Positions 36,624 to 46,072 of a DNA stretch of 64,000 bases are shown one piece after another. The position numbers were made by a program, and so were the translations under genes. Numbering within the stretch: position 1 is the first letter of the stretch; the number at the start of each line of letters is the position of its first letter. The stretch is from an uncultured Candidatus Saccharibacteria bacterium (GTDB lineage: Bacteria > Patescibacteriota > Minisyncoccia > Phycocordibacterales > Phycocordibacteraceae). The stretch spans positions 97 through 64,096 of the forward strand of contig CAYHXV010000002.1 in NCBI GenBank assembly GCA_964360855.1, given 5' to 3'. The notes below the pieces were generated by a model, which saw only the letters and a list, made by a program, of their open reading frames with translations, was not told the origin of the DNA and did not search any database.

Positions 36624-36824
36624 CGAGGTGTTCCTTCCTTGGTGCCAATGGATTCCGAAAGATTTCGGTTCGCCATAGCAGAAAACAGCCTAGACAAAGC
36701 TCCTTTCTGCTATGGCGAATACTCTGAACTATCAAAGAGCTAGTAAATACAGTATACTACACAATAATGGCATTTGTCAACTGTTGCTCCTGCCCTCACC
36801 TCCGTGCTACCCTACCCCCTACAG

Positions 36825-37055
36825 ATGGAAACGCTTAAGGCAGCTCTGCCCTACATCGAGATAACGCTTTCCCTACTCCTAATCGTTGGAATCGTGCTGC
36901 AACAGCGCGGTGCCAACCTCGGAGGGGCTTTTGGTGGCGACAACTTCGCCTCCACCTTCTATAAGCGCCGTGGCGCCGAGAAGTTCCTATTCCAGGCAAC
37001 TATCGTGATTGCTATCTTGTTTGTGGCTAGTGCCGTAGCCGGGTTCCTCATCTAA
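36825..37055 (+). CDS. secG: Preprotein translocase subunit SecG
   Basis: 76 aa, two TM, VLLQ.G...GAFGG signature (IVGIVLQQRGANLGGAFGG). Confidence 0.75.
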   Translation: METLKAALPYIEITLSLLLIVGIVLQQRGANLGGAFGGDNFASTFYKRRGAEKFLFQATIVIAILFVASAVAGFLI

Positions 37056-37062
37056 CTTATTT

Positions 37063-38793
37063 ATGAAATTGGAGCGTCTTTCACGCTTCCTCGATACTAT
37101 TCCTCTGCGGTGGCTCTACGCACCCGTCCGAAAGGTATCAGGCTATATTCGCACTCTCTCTCCAGGCGATCGATTGATCGTGGGGATTCTTGGCGTGCTG
37201 GTGATTAGTACGAGCGTGGTGGCTACGGTTGCCACCATGCGTTCATTCATGGTGGAGGCTCCTGCAAACGGAGGAAGTCTCCGTGAGGGCTCGGTAGGAA
37301 CTCCAAGATTCGTGAATCCCCTCTTGGCGTTAACCGACGCAGACCGCGACATGTCTGCGCTCACCTTTGCAGGTCTTATGGGTATTGGGAGCGATGGGGT
37401 GCTAGTGCCGGTACTTGCGAGCGAATACAGTGTGTCTCCCGATGGAAAGATATACACTTTTATACTGCGTGATTCCGCTAAGTTTTCTGATGGTTCTCCC
37501 GTTACCGCAGACGACGTTGTCTTCACCGTACAGAAAGCACAAGACCCAAGCCTCAAAAGTCCCGAGTATTCCAACTGGGCAAGTATTCGTGCAGAGGCCG
37601 TGGATGCTCGCACGGTGCGCTTCACCCTGCCCAAGCCCTACGCACCTTTTCTTGCAGACACCACACTAGGCATACTGCCCGCCCACCTCTGGCGCAATGT
37701 TCCGAATGACCAATTCCCCTTCTCTCCCCTCATGCAGCGACCGGTTGGTGCGGGACCGTTCAAGGTCACAAACGTAATTGAAAACAAAGAGGGAACCATT
37801 ACCGGATACGACCTGAAGGCACACCAGGGCTATGCACTTGGTCGTCCGTACTTAGACAGTATCCACATGCGCTTCTATGAGACCCCTACCCTGCTCCAGG
37901 GAGCATATAAGAGTGGTGCTATAGAGAGTGCATACGGGATAGATGCTCCTGACGCACTGCGTGCTCCCTACTCTCGAGTGTTTGGGGTCTTCTTTAATAA
38001 GAAAGAGAACCCAGCTCTAGCAAAACTCGAGGTGCGCAAAGCTCTTTCCATTAGCATCGACCGCGAGCATATCACCACCGACCTACTTGGAGGCTATGCA
38101 ACTCCCCTTATGGGACCGGTTCCAGGCGGCAGCGGCATTATTCCTCCCGCACTCCCAGGACCCCTCACGAGAATTGCAGACGCCAAGAAACTCTTGATGA
38201 ACGCGGGATGGAAATATGATGAAACGGCAGGTACGTGGAAGAATGCGAAAGCGAAGCTCTCTATAGATACGATGGTTATCCGCACCTCGAACGTGCCCGA
38301 ACTCAAGGTTATCGCCACCGCAGTGCAGACAGATTGGCAGAGTCTTGGCGTGCCAACCACTATCGAGCTCTATGAGCCGGGTGACCTCACGCAAGAAGTG
38401 ATTCGTCCGCGCTCCTATGCTGCCCTTCTCTTTGGTATGGTGGTTGGCCGAGAACAAGATCTGTTTGCCTTCTGGGATTCGGGTGAGCAGGCAGACCCCG
38501 GTCTCAACATTGCAAGCTACGCCAACACCAGTGTTGATGCCTTGCTTGAGAAGGCGCGCGCAGAGAGTGACCCCGCAAAAGCGCGCACCTATATACAAAG
38601 TGCAAGCGACAAAATAGCTGCAGACTATCCTGCAGCCTTTACGCATGCACCCGACTTCCTGTATGCTGTACCCAAGACCCTGTACGGCGTCAATCTTCCG
38701 CAGATTGCGGCGCCTGCGGACCGATTCGCAACAGTAGCGACTTGGTACAAAGAGCGTGCGTATGTCTGGCCGTTTCTCGTGCCTGGTCATTAG
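37063..38793 (+). CDS. ABC transporter substrate-binding protein, family 5 (peptide/nickel type), N-terminally membrane-anchored
   Basis: About 576 aa, N-terminal TM, SBP_bac_5-like pattern (..L...D....YTF.LR....FSDGSP.TADDV.F). Confidence 0.65.
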   Translation: MKLERLSRFLDTIPLRWLYAPVRKVSGYIRTLSPGDRLIVGILGVLVISTSVVATVATMRSFMVEAPANGGSLREGSVGTPRFVNPLLALTDADRDMSALTFAGLMGIGSDGVLVPVLASEYSVSPDGKIYTFILRDSAKFSDGSPVTADDVVFTVQKAQDPSLKSPEYSNWASIRAEAVDARTVRFTLPKPYAPFLADTTLGILPAHLWRNVPNDQFPFSPLMQRPVGAGPFKVTNVIENKEGTITGYDLKAHQGYALGRPYLDSIHMRFYETPTLLQGAYKSGAIESAYGIDAPDALRAPYSRVFGVFFNKKENPALAKLEVRKALSISIDREHITTDLLGGYATPLMGPVPGGSGIIPPALPGPLTRIADAKKLLMNAGWKYDETAGTWKNAKAKLSIDTMVIRTSNVPELKVIATAVQTDWQSLGVPTTIELYEPGDLTQEVIRPRSYAALLFGMVVGREQDLFAFWDSGEQADPGLNIASYANTSVDALLEKARAESDPAKARTYIQSASDKIAADYPAAFTHAPDFLYAVPKTLYGVNLPQIAAPADRFATVATWYKERAYVWPFLVPGH

Positions 38794-38892
38794 CCTGTGG
38801 CTCATGTGTCCTTGCGGACTCCGGAGCTAGCGTCTAGTGACTCCTACCCGAGTTATTACAAATCATTCACTACTCACTAATCAATAGAACTT

Positions 38893-40800
38893 ATGTCAGC
38901 AGCACCTGCTCCGGCTCCGGCTCCTCGTGATCGACCTCAAGGAGACCGTCCGGCACGCTCCGAAGGAGGGCGCCCTCGCGGGTCTCGCGGTGGACGCACT
39001 CGAACTGATCGCCCGGGAGGCGTTGGTCGCGATATCCGTCGCACCCTTCGCCGTCCTGGTGGCTCCTCTCCTCAAGGAAGCGCATCTATAGAAAAGAACA
39101 AGCCTGATTACTTCCCCACTCCTTGTGACGAGAAGACGGTACGTATCGTACCGCTTGGAGGCGTCGAAGAAGTTGGACGCAACATGTTTGCTGTAGAAAC
39201 CCAGAACGATATCTTCGTCTGTGACGCAGGATTTCAGTTTGTCCCGGGAGGAACAAACCCTGGCGTGGATTACATACTCCCCAACACCCGCTACCTAGAG
39301 AAAAATCAGGACCGTGTTCGTGCCGTCATTATTACGCACGGCCACCTGGACCACATCGGCGGCATTCCCTTCCTTATGGGACGATTTGGTAATCCTCCTA
39401 TCTACACGCAAAACCTCACCTCGATAATGATTGCGAAGCGCCAGGAGGAGTATCCGGACATGCCGGCACTTGATATTCGTGTGGTGGAGCCCGGCAGTAC
39501 ACACACTATTGGTAGTTCTCGTGTAAAGTTCTTCCCGGTCACGCACTCTATCCCCGACTCAATGGGTATCTCTATCGAGACTCCATGGGGCAATGTGGTT
39601 GCTACCGGAGACTTGAAGCTCGATCATGAAAACGGCATCCCCGCCGATCACGAGCAAAAGAAATGGGCTTCAATCGGGCAAGACAATAACCTATTCTTCA
39701 TTGCCGATTCTACAAACGCTGAGCGTGACGGGTTTTCTATTCCAGAGCGTCGCGTAAATGAGACACTTGAGAACATTGTACGCACCGTACAGGGTCGCCT
39801 CATTATTGGTACCTTTGCTTCACAATTTGAGCGCATGATCCGCATCATTCAAATTGCGGAGAGTATGGGCAAGAAGATTGTAATGGAAGGTAGATCGATG
39901 CGTACCAACCTGGAGATTGCTCAGATCACCGGACTCCTTACGGTAAAAAAGGAGACCATCATTACGGCACAAGAAATTCAAGACTATCCTCCAGACAAGG
40001 TGGTGGTCCTTGCTACCGGTGCCCAGGGCGAAGAGTTTGCAGCGCTCATGCGTATTGCAACCAAACAACACAAGAACATCATCCTATCTCCGCGCGACAC
40101 AGTGGTACTCTCGTCCTCGGTTATTCCAGGGAACGAAATCTCCGTACAAAACCTAAAGGACATGCTGTACCGAAACGGCGCAACACTTATTCACTATAAG
40201 TCTTCGGACGTGCACTCAACCGGACACGGAAACTCTGGAGAACTAGTCTGGATCAACCAGCAGGTAGGCGCCAAGTTCTTCATGCCCGCCTATGGCTACT
40301 ACTCTATGACCGCCTGCCACGCCAAGGCGGTGGAGCAGGCAGGGCGCCCACGTGAGCAGATTGTACTTGCAGACAATGGTTCGGTTATCGATCTCATCGA
40401 GGGCAAAACCATGTTTGTACACAAAGAGAAGGTACCAAGCTCCCCGCTGGTGGTGGATGGATTCTCTATTGGAGACATTCAGGAGGTGGTTATCCGGGAT
40501 CGCCAGGCACTCTCGAAGGACGGTATGTTCGTTATCATTGCGACAGTTAATCTGAAGACCGGAAAACTCCGCAAGAGTCCGGATATCATTAGTCGCGGGT
40601 TTATCTATCTGCGAGAGAATCAAGAGATGTTGAGCCAGGCACGGCTCCTCATTCAAAAGACCGTGGAGGATACTACCGAGGGTATGAACCCGGTGGATCT
40701 CGATTATGTGAAGAATGCACTCTCAGACACGATGGCCGGGTATTTGTTCACCCGAACAAATAAGGCACCGATGGTGATTCCGGTGTTGATTGGAGTTTAA
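38893..40800 (+). CDS. rnj: Ribonuclease J with about 70-aa Arg/Gly/Pro-rich N-terminal extension
   Basis: Metallo-beta-lactamase HGHLDHIG motif, beta-CASP and RNase J C-terminal domain; N-terminus APAPAPAPRDRPQGDRPARSEGGRPRGSRGGRTRTDRPGG. Confidence 0.85.
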   Translation: MSAAPAPAPAPRDRPQGDRPARSEGGRPRGSRGGRTRTDRPGGVGRDIRRTLRRPGGSSPQGSASIEKNKPDYFPTPCDEKTVRIVPLGGVEEVGRNMFAVETQNDIFVCDAGFQFVPGGTNPGVDYILPNTRYLEKNQDRVRAVIITHGHLDHIGGIPFLMGRFGNPPIYTQNLTSIMIAKRQEEYPDMPALDIRVVEPGSTHTIGSSRVKFFPVTHSIPDSMGISIETPWGNVVATGDLKLDHENGIPADHEQKKWASIGQDNNLFFIADSTNAERDGFSIPERRVNETLENIVRTVQGRLIIGTFASQFERMIRIIQIAESMGKKIVMEGRSMRTNLEIAQITGLLTVKKETIITAQEIQDYPPDKVVVLATGAQGEEFAALMRIATKQHKNIILSPRDTVVLSSSVIPGNEISVQNLKDMLYRNGATLIHYKSSDVHSTGHGNSGELVWINQQVGAKFFMPAYGYYSMTACHAKAVEQAGRPREQIVLADNGSVIDLIEGKTMFVHKEKVPSSPLVVDGFSIGDIQEVVIRDRQALSKDGMFVIIATVNLKTGKLRKSPDIISRGFIYLRENQEMLSQARLLIQKTVEDTTEGMNPVDLDYVKNALSDTMAGYLFTRTNKAPMVIPVLIGV

Positions 40801-40818
40801 GAGTGTACGTTTAGGAAG

Positions 40819-40852
40819 CAACACGCCGCACTTGTGCGGCGTGTTGCTTTTG
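40819..40852 (+). terminator. Rho-independent terminator after rnj
   Basis: gcaacacgccgcac-ttgt-gcggcgtgttgc followed by ttttgtaat. Confidence 0.75.
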
Positions 40853-40871
40853 TAATGCTACAATTTCCTCG

Positions 40872-42029
40872 ATGCACCCCCGGCGTGTTCTCTCCATCGG
40901 AAACTTCTTTTCCGCAATGCACTTCTTTTTGATTGTGTATGTGATAGGTCCGTACTTGGCCACCTTCCTTCCAGACAATCAAACCGGGCTTGTGGTGGCA
41001 GCAGGCGCGGTTGGCACACTCATTGCCTTCCCCTTCATGCCCCGCATTGCTGGGCGATACGGGGTGCGCAAGACCGCAATTGTGGTGGCAAGCTTGCTTG
41101 CCATTGCGCTGTTGCTTCTTGCGGGACAGCCTCCCTTCTGGCTTGCAGCTTTTTCACTTGCTTTTGTGTGTGCCACCACACCTTTCATACAGTATTTGTT
41201 AGATCTCTTACTTGAAGCCACCGGCGTATCAGACGAGGAGACCGCGAGGGTGCGTACCCTCTACATCACCGCGGGAAACATTGCCCTTATTTTGGCACCT
41301 CTCCTCACTGCGTTTCTTTTGGACGGAACGAACGAATACTGGCGAGTGTTCCTTGTGGCGGCACTGTCTCTCGCTCCTTTCATTACCTTATTCCTTTTTG
41401 AGAAGCTACCCGAGCAGGCTCCTCGACGCCGAGCAAGGCTTTTGGAGAGCTGCAACTGCTTGATGCAGCAGGCAGACATTCGAGCAGTTATATTCGGGAA
41501 TGGTGTTCTGCAGTTCTTCTATCATTTGGCTCCCCTCTATATTCCTCTGTATTTGCACGGTGTCCTTGGTATGCCCTGGTCTCAGTTAGGGTGGATGTTT
41601 GCGGTTATGCTCCTGCCCTTTGTGCTTATCGAGTACCCTGCTGGATACGTTGCAGACAAATGGATTGGAGAGAAGGAGCTTCTTATCACGGGATTTATTA
41701 TTACCAGCATCTCCTTTGCAGCTCTTGCCTTTGTAACGGTTGCGACACCACTCTACCTCTTGCTTGGCATACTGGTGGCTACTCGCATCGGAAGTGCGTT
41801 GGTTGAAGCAATGGTTGAAGGGCACTTCTTTAAGCACGTCTCAACAGAGGACGCCAACACGGTGACCCTCTATCGTATGACCAGGCCCGTTGCCGCGCTC
41901 CTCGCTCCCCTCTCCGCAAGTCTATTGCTCTTTGTAACGGGTAGCTACTTTATATTCTTCATTGCTATGGGAGTGGTGCTCCTTGGTGCGGGACTCGGGA
42001 GTACGTACTTTATTAAAGACGAGCGCTAG
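40872..42029 (+). CDS. MFS transporter
   Basis: 12 predicted TM helices in 6+6 arrangement, about 385 aa. Confidence 0.65.
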   Translation: MHPRRVLSIGNFFSAMHFFLIVYVIGPYLATFLPDNQTGLVVAAGAVGTLIAFPFMPRIAGRYGVRKTAIVVASLLAIALLLLAGQPPFWLAAFSLAFVCATTPFIQYLLDLLLEATGVSDEETARVRTLYITAGNIALILAPLLTAFLLDGTNEYWRVFLVAALSLAPFITLFLFEKLPEQAPRRRARLLESCNCLMQQADIRAVIFGNGVLQFFYHLAPLYIPLYLHGVLGMPWSQLGWMFAVMLLPFVLIEYPAGYVADKWIGEKELLITGFIITSISFAALAFVTVATPLYLLLGILVATRIGSALVEAMVEGHFFKHVSTEDANTVTLYRMTRPVAALLAPLSASLLLFVTGSYFIFFIAMGVVLLGAGLGSTYFIKDER

Positions 42030-42832
42030 AGCGGAAGGGTGTATCGGTCTCCCTGCCGAGCAACTAATCCTTCTTTGAGGAGTGCAGTTAGCTGCTCTTC
42101 TGTTTGTTTCTTTCGCTCAGTGCCAAGTACCTGCAGAAGTTTTGGTCGGGTACAGAAACCCTGTGCAAGGGCTCGAAGCAAGGCACCGCGAGCCTCGCGG
42201 TCTGAGCCCTTGAATGGAGTCTGCTTTGTGTACCCCTTGGCCTTTTTGTTTATACGGACTCCGGAACGCTTCAGGAAGGCACCATAGTCCATGAGAGCGG
42301 CATACCATTCTCGTGCGCGCCCTTTTGGGAACACCTTGGTGAGAATCGCAAGAACTTCAGAATCATGGACCACCTTTTTGTGAGGAAAGAAGTGGTACGT
42401 TATAGCCGTGCGGATGTTTGTTTCTATGAAAATGCCGTCTGCATTGTAGGCAAATGCTGCCACCGCATGTGCGGTGTATGGGCCGATACCCGGGAGTTGT
42501 TCTAACTCAGCGGCAGTTTGTGGGAACTTCTTGTATTCCGACACAACCACCTTTGCAGCCGCATGGAGCATCTTTGCCCGTCTGTTGTATCCAAGTCCTT
42601 GCCAGAGAATGACTACGTCCCCGAGCGAAGCGTTCGCGAGCTTTTGCACGGCTCCAAACTTCTTCAAGAAACGTTCATAGTATGGAAGCACCCGCTCCAC
42701 CTGTGTCTGCTGGAGCATTATCTCAGAGACGAGAATCCGGTATGGGTCTTTCGTCTTTCTCCAGGGCAGGTCATGCCTGCCGTGCAGGCGATAGTGTTTC
42801 CAGACGAGGGTTCTAAACTTCTGGGTTGTCAT
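42026..42832 (-). CDS. HhH-GPD base-excision DNA glycosylase, MutY/adenine glycosylase-like without the C-terminal FeS/NUDIX part
   Basis: LPWR...DPYRILVSEIMLQQTQV signature, HhH GIGPYTA..V, catalytic D; no Cys4 cluster. Confidence 0.65.
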   Translation of the reverse strand: MTTQKFRTLVWKHYRLHGRHDLPWRKTKDPYRILVSEIMLQQTQVERVLPYYERFLKKFGAVQKLANASLGDVVILWQGLGYNRRAKMLHAAAKVVVSEYKKFPQTAAELEQLPGIGPYTAHAVAAFAYNADGIFIETNIRTAITYHFFPHKKVVHDSEVLAILTKVFPKGRAREWYAALMDYGAFLKRSGVRINKKAKGYTKQTPFKGSDREARGALLRALAQGFCTRPKLLQVLGTERKKQTEEQLTALLKEGLVARQGDRYTLPL

Positions 42833-43034
42833 TCAGGATAATGGAGGGCTGCTCAGGAACCACCGCTATGGCAATCACATAGCACAGAATTCCCGGAGCA
42901 AGACCAGTGAATACGGTTGCCATGAGGTATAGGAGACGGATAAGAACAGGGTCAACATCAAAGTACTCGCCAACGCCCCCGCACACGCCAGCTAGTACCT
43001 TATTGTCTCGGCTACGATAGAGTCGTTTTGTCAT
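42813..43034 (-). CDS. PspC-domain membrane protein
   Basis: KRLYRSRDNKVLAGVCGGVGEYFDVDPVLIRL PspC signature then TM; start set at internal MTKRLY. Confidence 0.7.
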   Translation of the reverse strand: MTKRLYRSRDNKVLAGVCGGVGEYFDVDPVLIRLLYLMATVFTGLAPGILCYVIAIAVVPEQPSIILNDNPEV

Positions 43035-43179
43035 GGAGGGAGTATAACAGAACTTCAAAACCTGTCTCATTTCACCAATAGTAGTGAGGCATTGAGCCGT
43101 TACGCAACTATTGACTTTAATACTAAAAGGTGCTATATTTATAGACAGTATACCATCAACTCATACGGAGGATCTGGTG

Positions 43180-45000
43180 ATGTTCCTTGCCAGTACTAAC
43201 GAATCCCTCCGCGAGCTTTCACGTGCAATTGGAACGGTACTGCGTGATGCATGGCGCGACAACAAGCGCCAACTTCTGTTCGTACTGGTTCTAACCATGT
43301 CGCTTGCGGCCCTGCCCTTTGTTGAGCAGGGCGTCCAGGCGCTTCTGCTCAATCACCTCGTGCGTAGCGTACAACTGCATCGAATGGACAGCGTGCTCAT
43401 AACCTTGCTCGCGACTACCGCGATCCTTGTTTGTGCACGTGATGTTATTCGCAGCGGCGTGAACTACGTTCGTCGTGTCTATTGGTTCGAACGCCGACAA
43501 CACTACGAGACAGTCTATGGCGCGAAATTAGCAACGCTTGATACTGCGACCCACGAGGACCCAGCTTTTCGAGACAAGATTCAACTCCTTCAGGAGTATG
43601 GGTCAAGCATGCTTGTTGCCAATTTCTTTGACTCCGTCATAGACATTGGCGAAACGCTCGTCCGTTTCGGCTCAGCGCTCGTCATCGTGCTCGTCTTCGA
43701 CTGGCGCCTCGCGGTCCTCATCCTTGTAGCAGCCGCGCCTCAACTCTACATCGAGCTTCGCTACAGCAAGGGCATCTGGTCGGCCTACGACAAGAACTCA
43801 GCTGAACGCAGACTCTATGCTGAACTACGGCGACACTCTCAGACCCCCGGGGGCGTGCGCGAAATGCATACCTTCCAGTCAACCCCCTACTTCCTTAAGC
43901 GCATGCAACAATCGCTTAGCACCTTCATCTCCTCTCAAGTTGATGAGGATAGGAAGAAGGTAGGGCTGCAAATCGCATCCGGCCTTCTGCTTGCAGTCGC
44001 ACTTGCGATTGCGCTAGTAATGCTCGTCATGCGCGTTCTGGCCGGCTCGCTGGAAATTGGCTCCTTTGTGTTTGTGTTTGGGACCATAACAATGCTCGAC
44101 GGCGCTGCAAGCATGTTTCTCGTGAATCTCGCTGGTCTCCGGCGTGATGCACGAGTCGCAAGCTCCTTCTTCGACGTTATAGCTACAAAGCCGCGGATAA
44201 GTAATTCGGAACATGGCGCAAAGCTCAGCAATGAACGCGCGCCGTGCATCGAATTCCGAAACGTGTCGTTCTCCTACCCAGGCCGACCCGAAAGCGAGCA
44301 GATCCTGAAAAATTTCTCGCTCATTATCGAACCTGGAGAACGTCTTGCATTGGTCGGCGTGAACGGCGCCGGCAAATCAACGCTTATCAAGCTCCTGTGC
44401 CGCTTCTATGACCCCACAGAAGGAGCAATCTTTCTTGATGGCATCGACCTGCGAGACGTGAGCCTGCAAAGCTGGTACGAGCATCTTGCGCTTCTGGCGC
44501 AGGATTTTGAGACTTATCAACTTCGCACGTCGGAGCTGATACGTCTCGGCCGTATTGACGCCGATTCCGAGTTTGCGACCATGGCACGAGCAGCACACCG
44601 CTCAGAGTCCTCTGCATTCATTGAGGAGTGGGGCGACCGATATGAACAACAGCTCGGCGTTCAGTTTGTCGGCGGAATCGATCCGTCTGGCGGACAGAAG
44701 CAGAAGCTCGCGCTTGCGCGAGCACTGTATCGGGATGCACTAGTAAGCGTCCTCGACGAGCCAACCGCTCACGTTGACGCTGGGGCAGAGCAGGAAATCT
44801 TTGAACGTCTTGAATCCGAGCTCCGGCCCGAACAGACGCTCATCCTGATTTCGCACCGGTTCTCAACGGTACGAAATGCATCACGAATCTGCGTCATCAA
44901 GGACGGCACCGTTCACGAGCTTGGCTCCCACGAGGAGCTGGTGCGCATGAACGGCACCTACGCCGAACTATTTGAAAAGCAAGCGGAAGGATACCGTTAG
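43180..45000 (+). CDS. ABC transporter, fused permease/ATPase (type I exporter, MsbA-like)
   Basis: 6-TM domain then Walker A GVNGAGKST, signature SGGQKQKLALARAL, Walker B LDEPTAHVD; GGAGGA SD upstream of ATG 43180. Confidence 0.85.
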   Translation: MFLASTNESLRELSRAIGTVLRDAWRDNKRQLLFVLVLTMSLAALPFVEQGVQALLLNHLVRSVQLHRMDSVLITLLATTAILVCARDVIRSGVNYVRRVYWFERRQHYETVYGAKLATLDTATHEDPAFRDKIQLLQEYGSSMLVANFFDSVIDIGETLVRFGSALVIVLVFDWRLAVLILVAAAPQLYIELRYSKGIWSAYDKNSAERRLYAELRRHSQTPGGVREMHTFQSTPYFLKRMQQSLSTFISSQVDEDRKKVGLQIASGLLLAVALAIALVMLVMRVLAGSLEIGSFVFVFGTITMLDGAASMFLVNLAGLRRDARVASSFFDVIATKPRISNSEHGAKLSNERAPCIEFRNVSFSYPGRPESEQILKNFSLIIEPGERLALVGVNGAGKSTLIKLLCRFYDPTEGAIFLDGIDLRDVSLQSWYEHLALLAQDFETYQLRTSELIRLGRIDADSEFATMARAAHRSESSAFIEEWGDRYEQQLGVQFVGGIDPSGGQKQKLALARALYRDALVSVLDEPTAHVDAGAEQEIFERLESELRPEQTLILISHRFSTVRNASRICVIKDGTVHELGSHEELVRMNGTYAELFEKQAEGYR

Positions 45001-45015
45001 TACCTTTGAACTTAA

Positions 45016-45052
45016 GGCCGCGCCACTAACCATGGCGCGGCTCTTTTATATC
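45016..45052. terminator. Bidirectional terminator between the ABC exporter and HAD hydrolase genes
   Basis: ggccgcgcc-N9-ggcgcggc followed by tctttt. Confidence 0.6.
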
Positions 45053-45062
45053 AATACCTTAC

Positions 45063-45755
45063 CTACATCTCATAAATAACATCCTTGTGCTCCACCACCA
45101 TCTCCCATAGCTTCTGCTTGGCATGGCGGTACAGCACTCGGTTTGGGTTAAATGCTATGGAGGATTCTGTGAGATCAAGCATAGAAATATCAGACTCGGT
45201 GGAACCAACACCATAGGAACCATTGAGCGTTAGGTTGTTCTTTTTTATGGCGCGCATCAAGATTGCTCCCTTGTTCATAATCAGGTGCTCGTCGCTAATC
45301 TCTCCCGAGAAGCGATTACTTGCCCCCGTCTCATAGAACACTCCGTACGATTTATCAAACCCAAGCTCATACGCATACCCGTCCACAATGAACTTCGGAG
45401 AATACGATATAGCAAGGAGATAGTGTCCCTTCTTTTTCAGTTCCTTCACTAAGTCACGCGTGTAATGAAAGGTTCGGTCTCGATTAGCTTCTATGAGCTC
45501 TCCGGCAATATCTGCGATCACCCCATACTCGATGCCCTTTGCGTGCACTGCAAATGCATCGATGAGTTTGCGCATAAAGGGACCACTCTCCCCGCGTTTG
45601 TTCTGGAGTTCACCATCGGTACCCTGCGTGAGGGCAAGTACCTTGGTTGGAAATAACTCCCGGCGAACGAGCTCCTCCATAAGGGAGACTAGTAGTGAGG
45701 AGCGGTACAGGGTGCCGTCTATATCAAATACCGCCACGGGGCGCTTCTTTTCCAT
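45063..45755 (-). CDS. HAD-superfamily hydrolase (HAD-IB/phosphoserine-phosphatase-like)
   Basis: Motif I VAVFDIDGTLY; start set at internal MEKKRP; the in-frame upstream extension is non-protein-like. Confidence 0.7.
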   Translation of the reverse strand: MEKKRPVAVFDIDGTLYRSSLLVSLMEELVRRELFPTKVLALTQGTDGELQNKRGESGPFMRKLIDAFAVHAKGIEYGVIADIAGELIEANRDRTFHYTRDLVKELKKKGHYLLAISYSPKFIVDGYAYELGFDKSYGVFYETGASNRFSGEISDEHLIMNKGAILMRAIKKNNLTLNGSYGVGSTESDISMLDLTESSIAFNPNRVLYRHAKQKLWEMVVEHKDVIYEM

Positions 45756-45945
45756 AGGTCTATGGTACTCCTCTGGAAAGCAAAACACACTTCCGGAGAA
45801 GTGTGCATTTTTGCGAGAAAGATCAGAATGAGGTTGTGGACCTGAACTCCTGGGGGAGGGGCATGGGTTTCCCCAAACCATAAGACACAGCGCAACGGAA
45901 CCGTGGGTATGGCCGGACTGAAATACAAAAGCACAGTCGGGAATT

Positions 45946-45967
45946 TGATGAAACGGCCGTTTCATCA
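45946..45967. promoter_or_regulatory. Perfect 22-bp palindrome TGATGAAACGGCCGTTTCATCA (candidate dimeric-regulator operator) upstream of the HAD gene
   Basis: Fully self-complementary 22-mer in a 316-bp non-coding gap; a second 8-bp IR CACACTTC-CGGA-GAAGTGTG lies at about 45786..45805. Confidence 0.35.
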
Positions 45968-46072
45968 GCGCATGCCACTTGGCAGTTGTTGCGTCCCTCT
46001 CGAGAGCGGTAAGCCGCCCCCGCAAGGTTCAGGCCCACAAATGCATACTAAACCTTTCTTTCTTAAAAGCAA

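Noticed and set aside
35892-36743. 283-aa plus-strand ORF overlapping the GC-rich minus gene
   Set aside because: L/A/R/G/E/V-rich composition typical of an antisense frame in high-GC DNA; the minus-strand ORF has protein-like composition and its own terminator.
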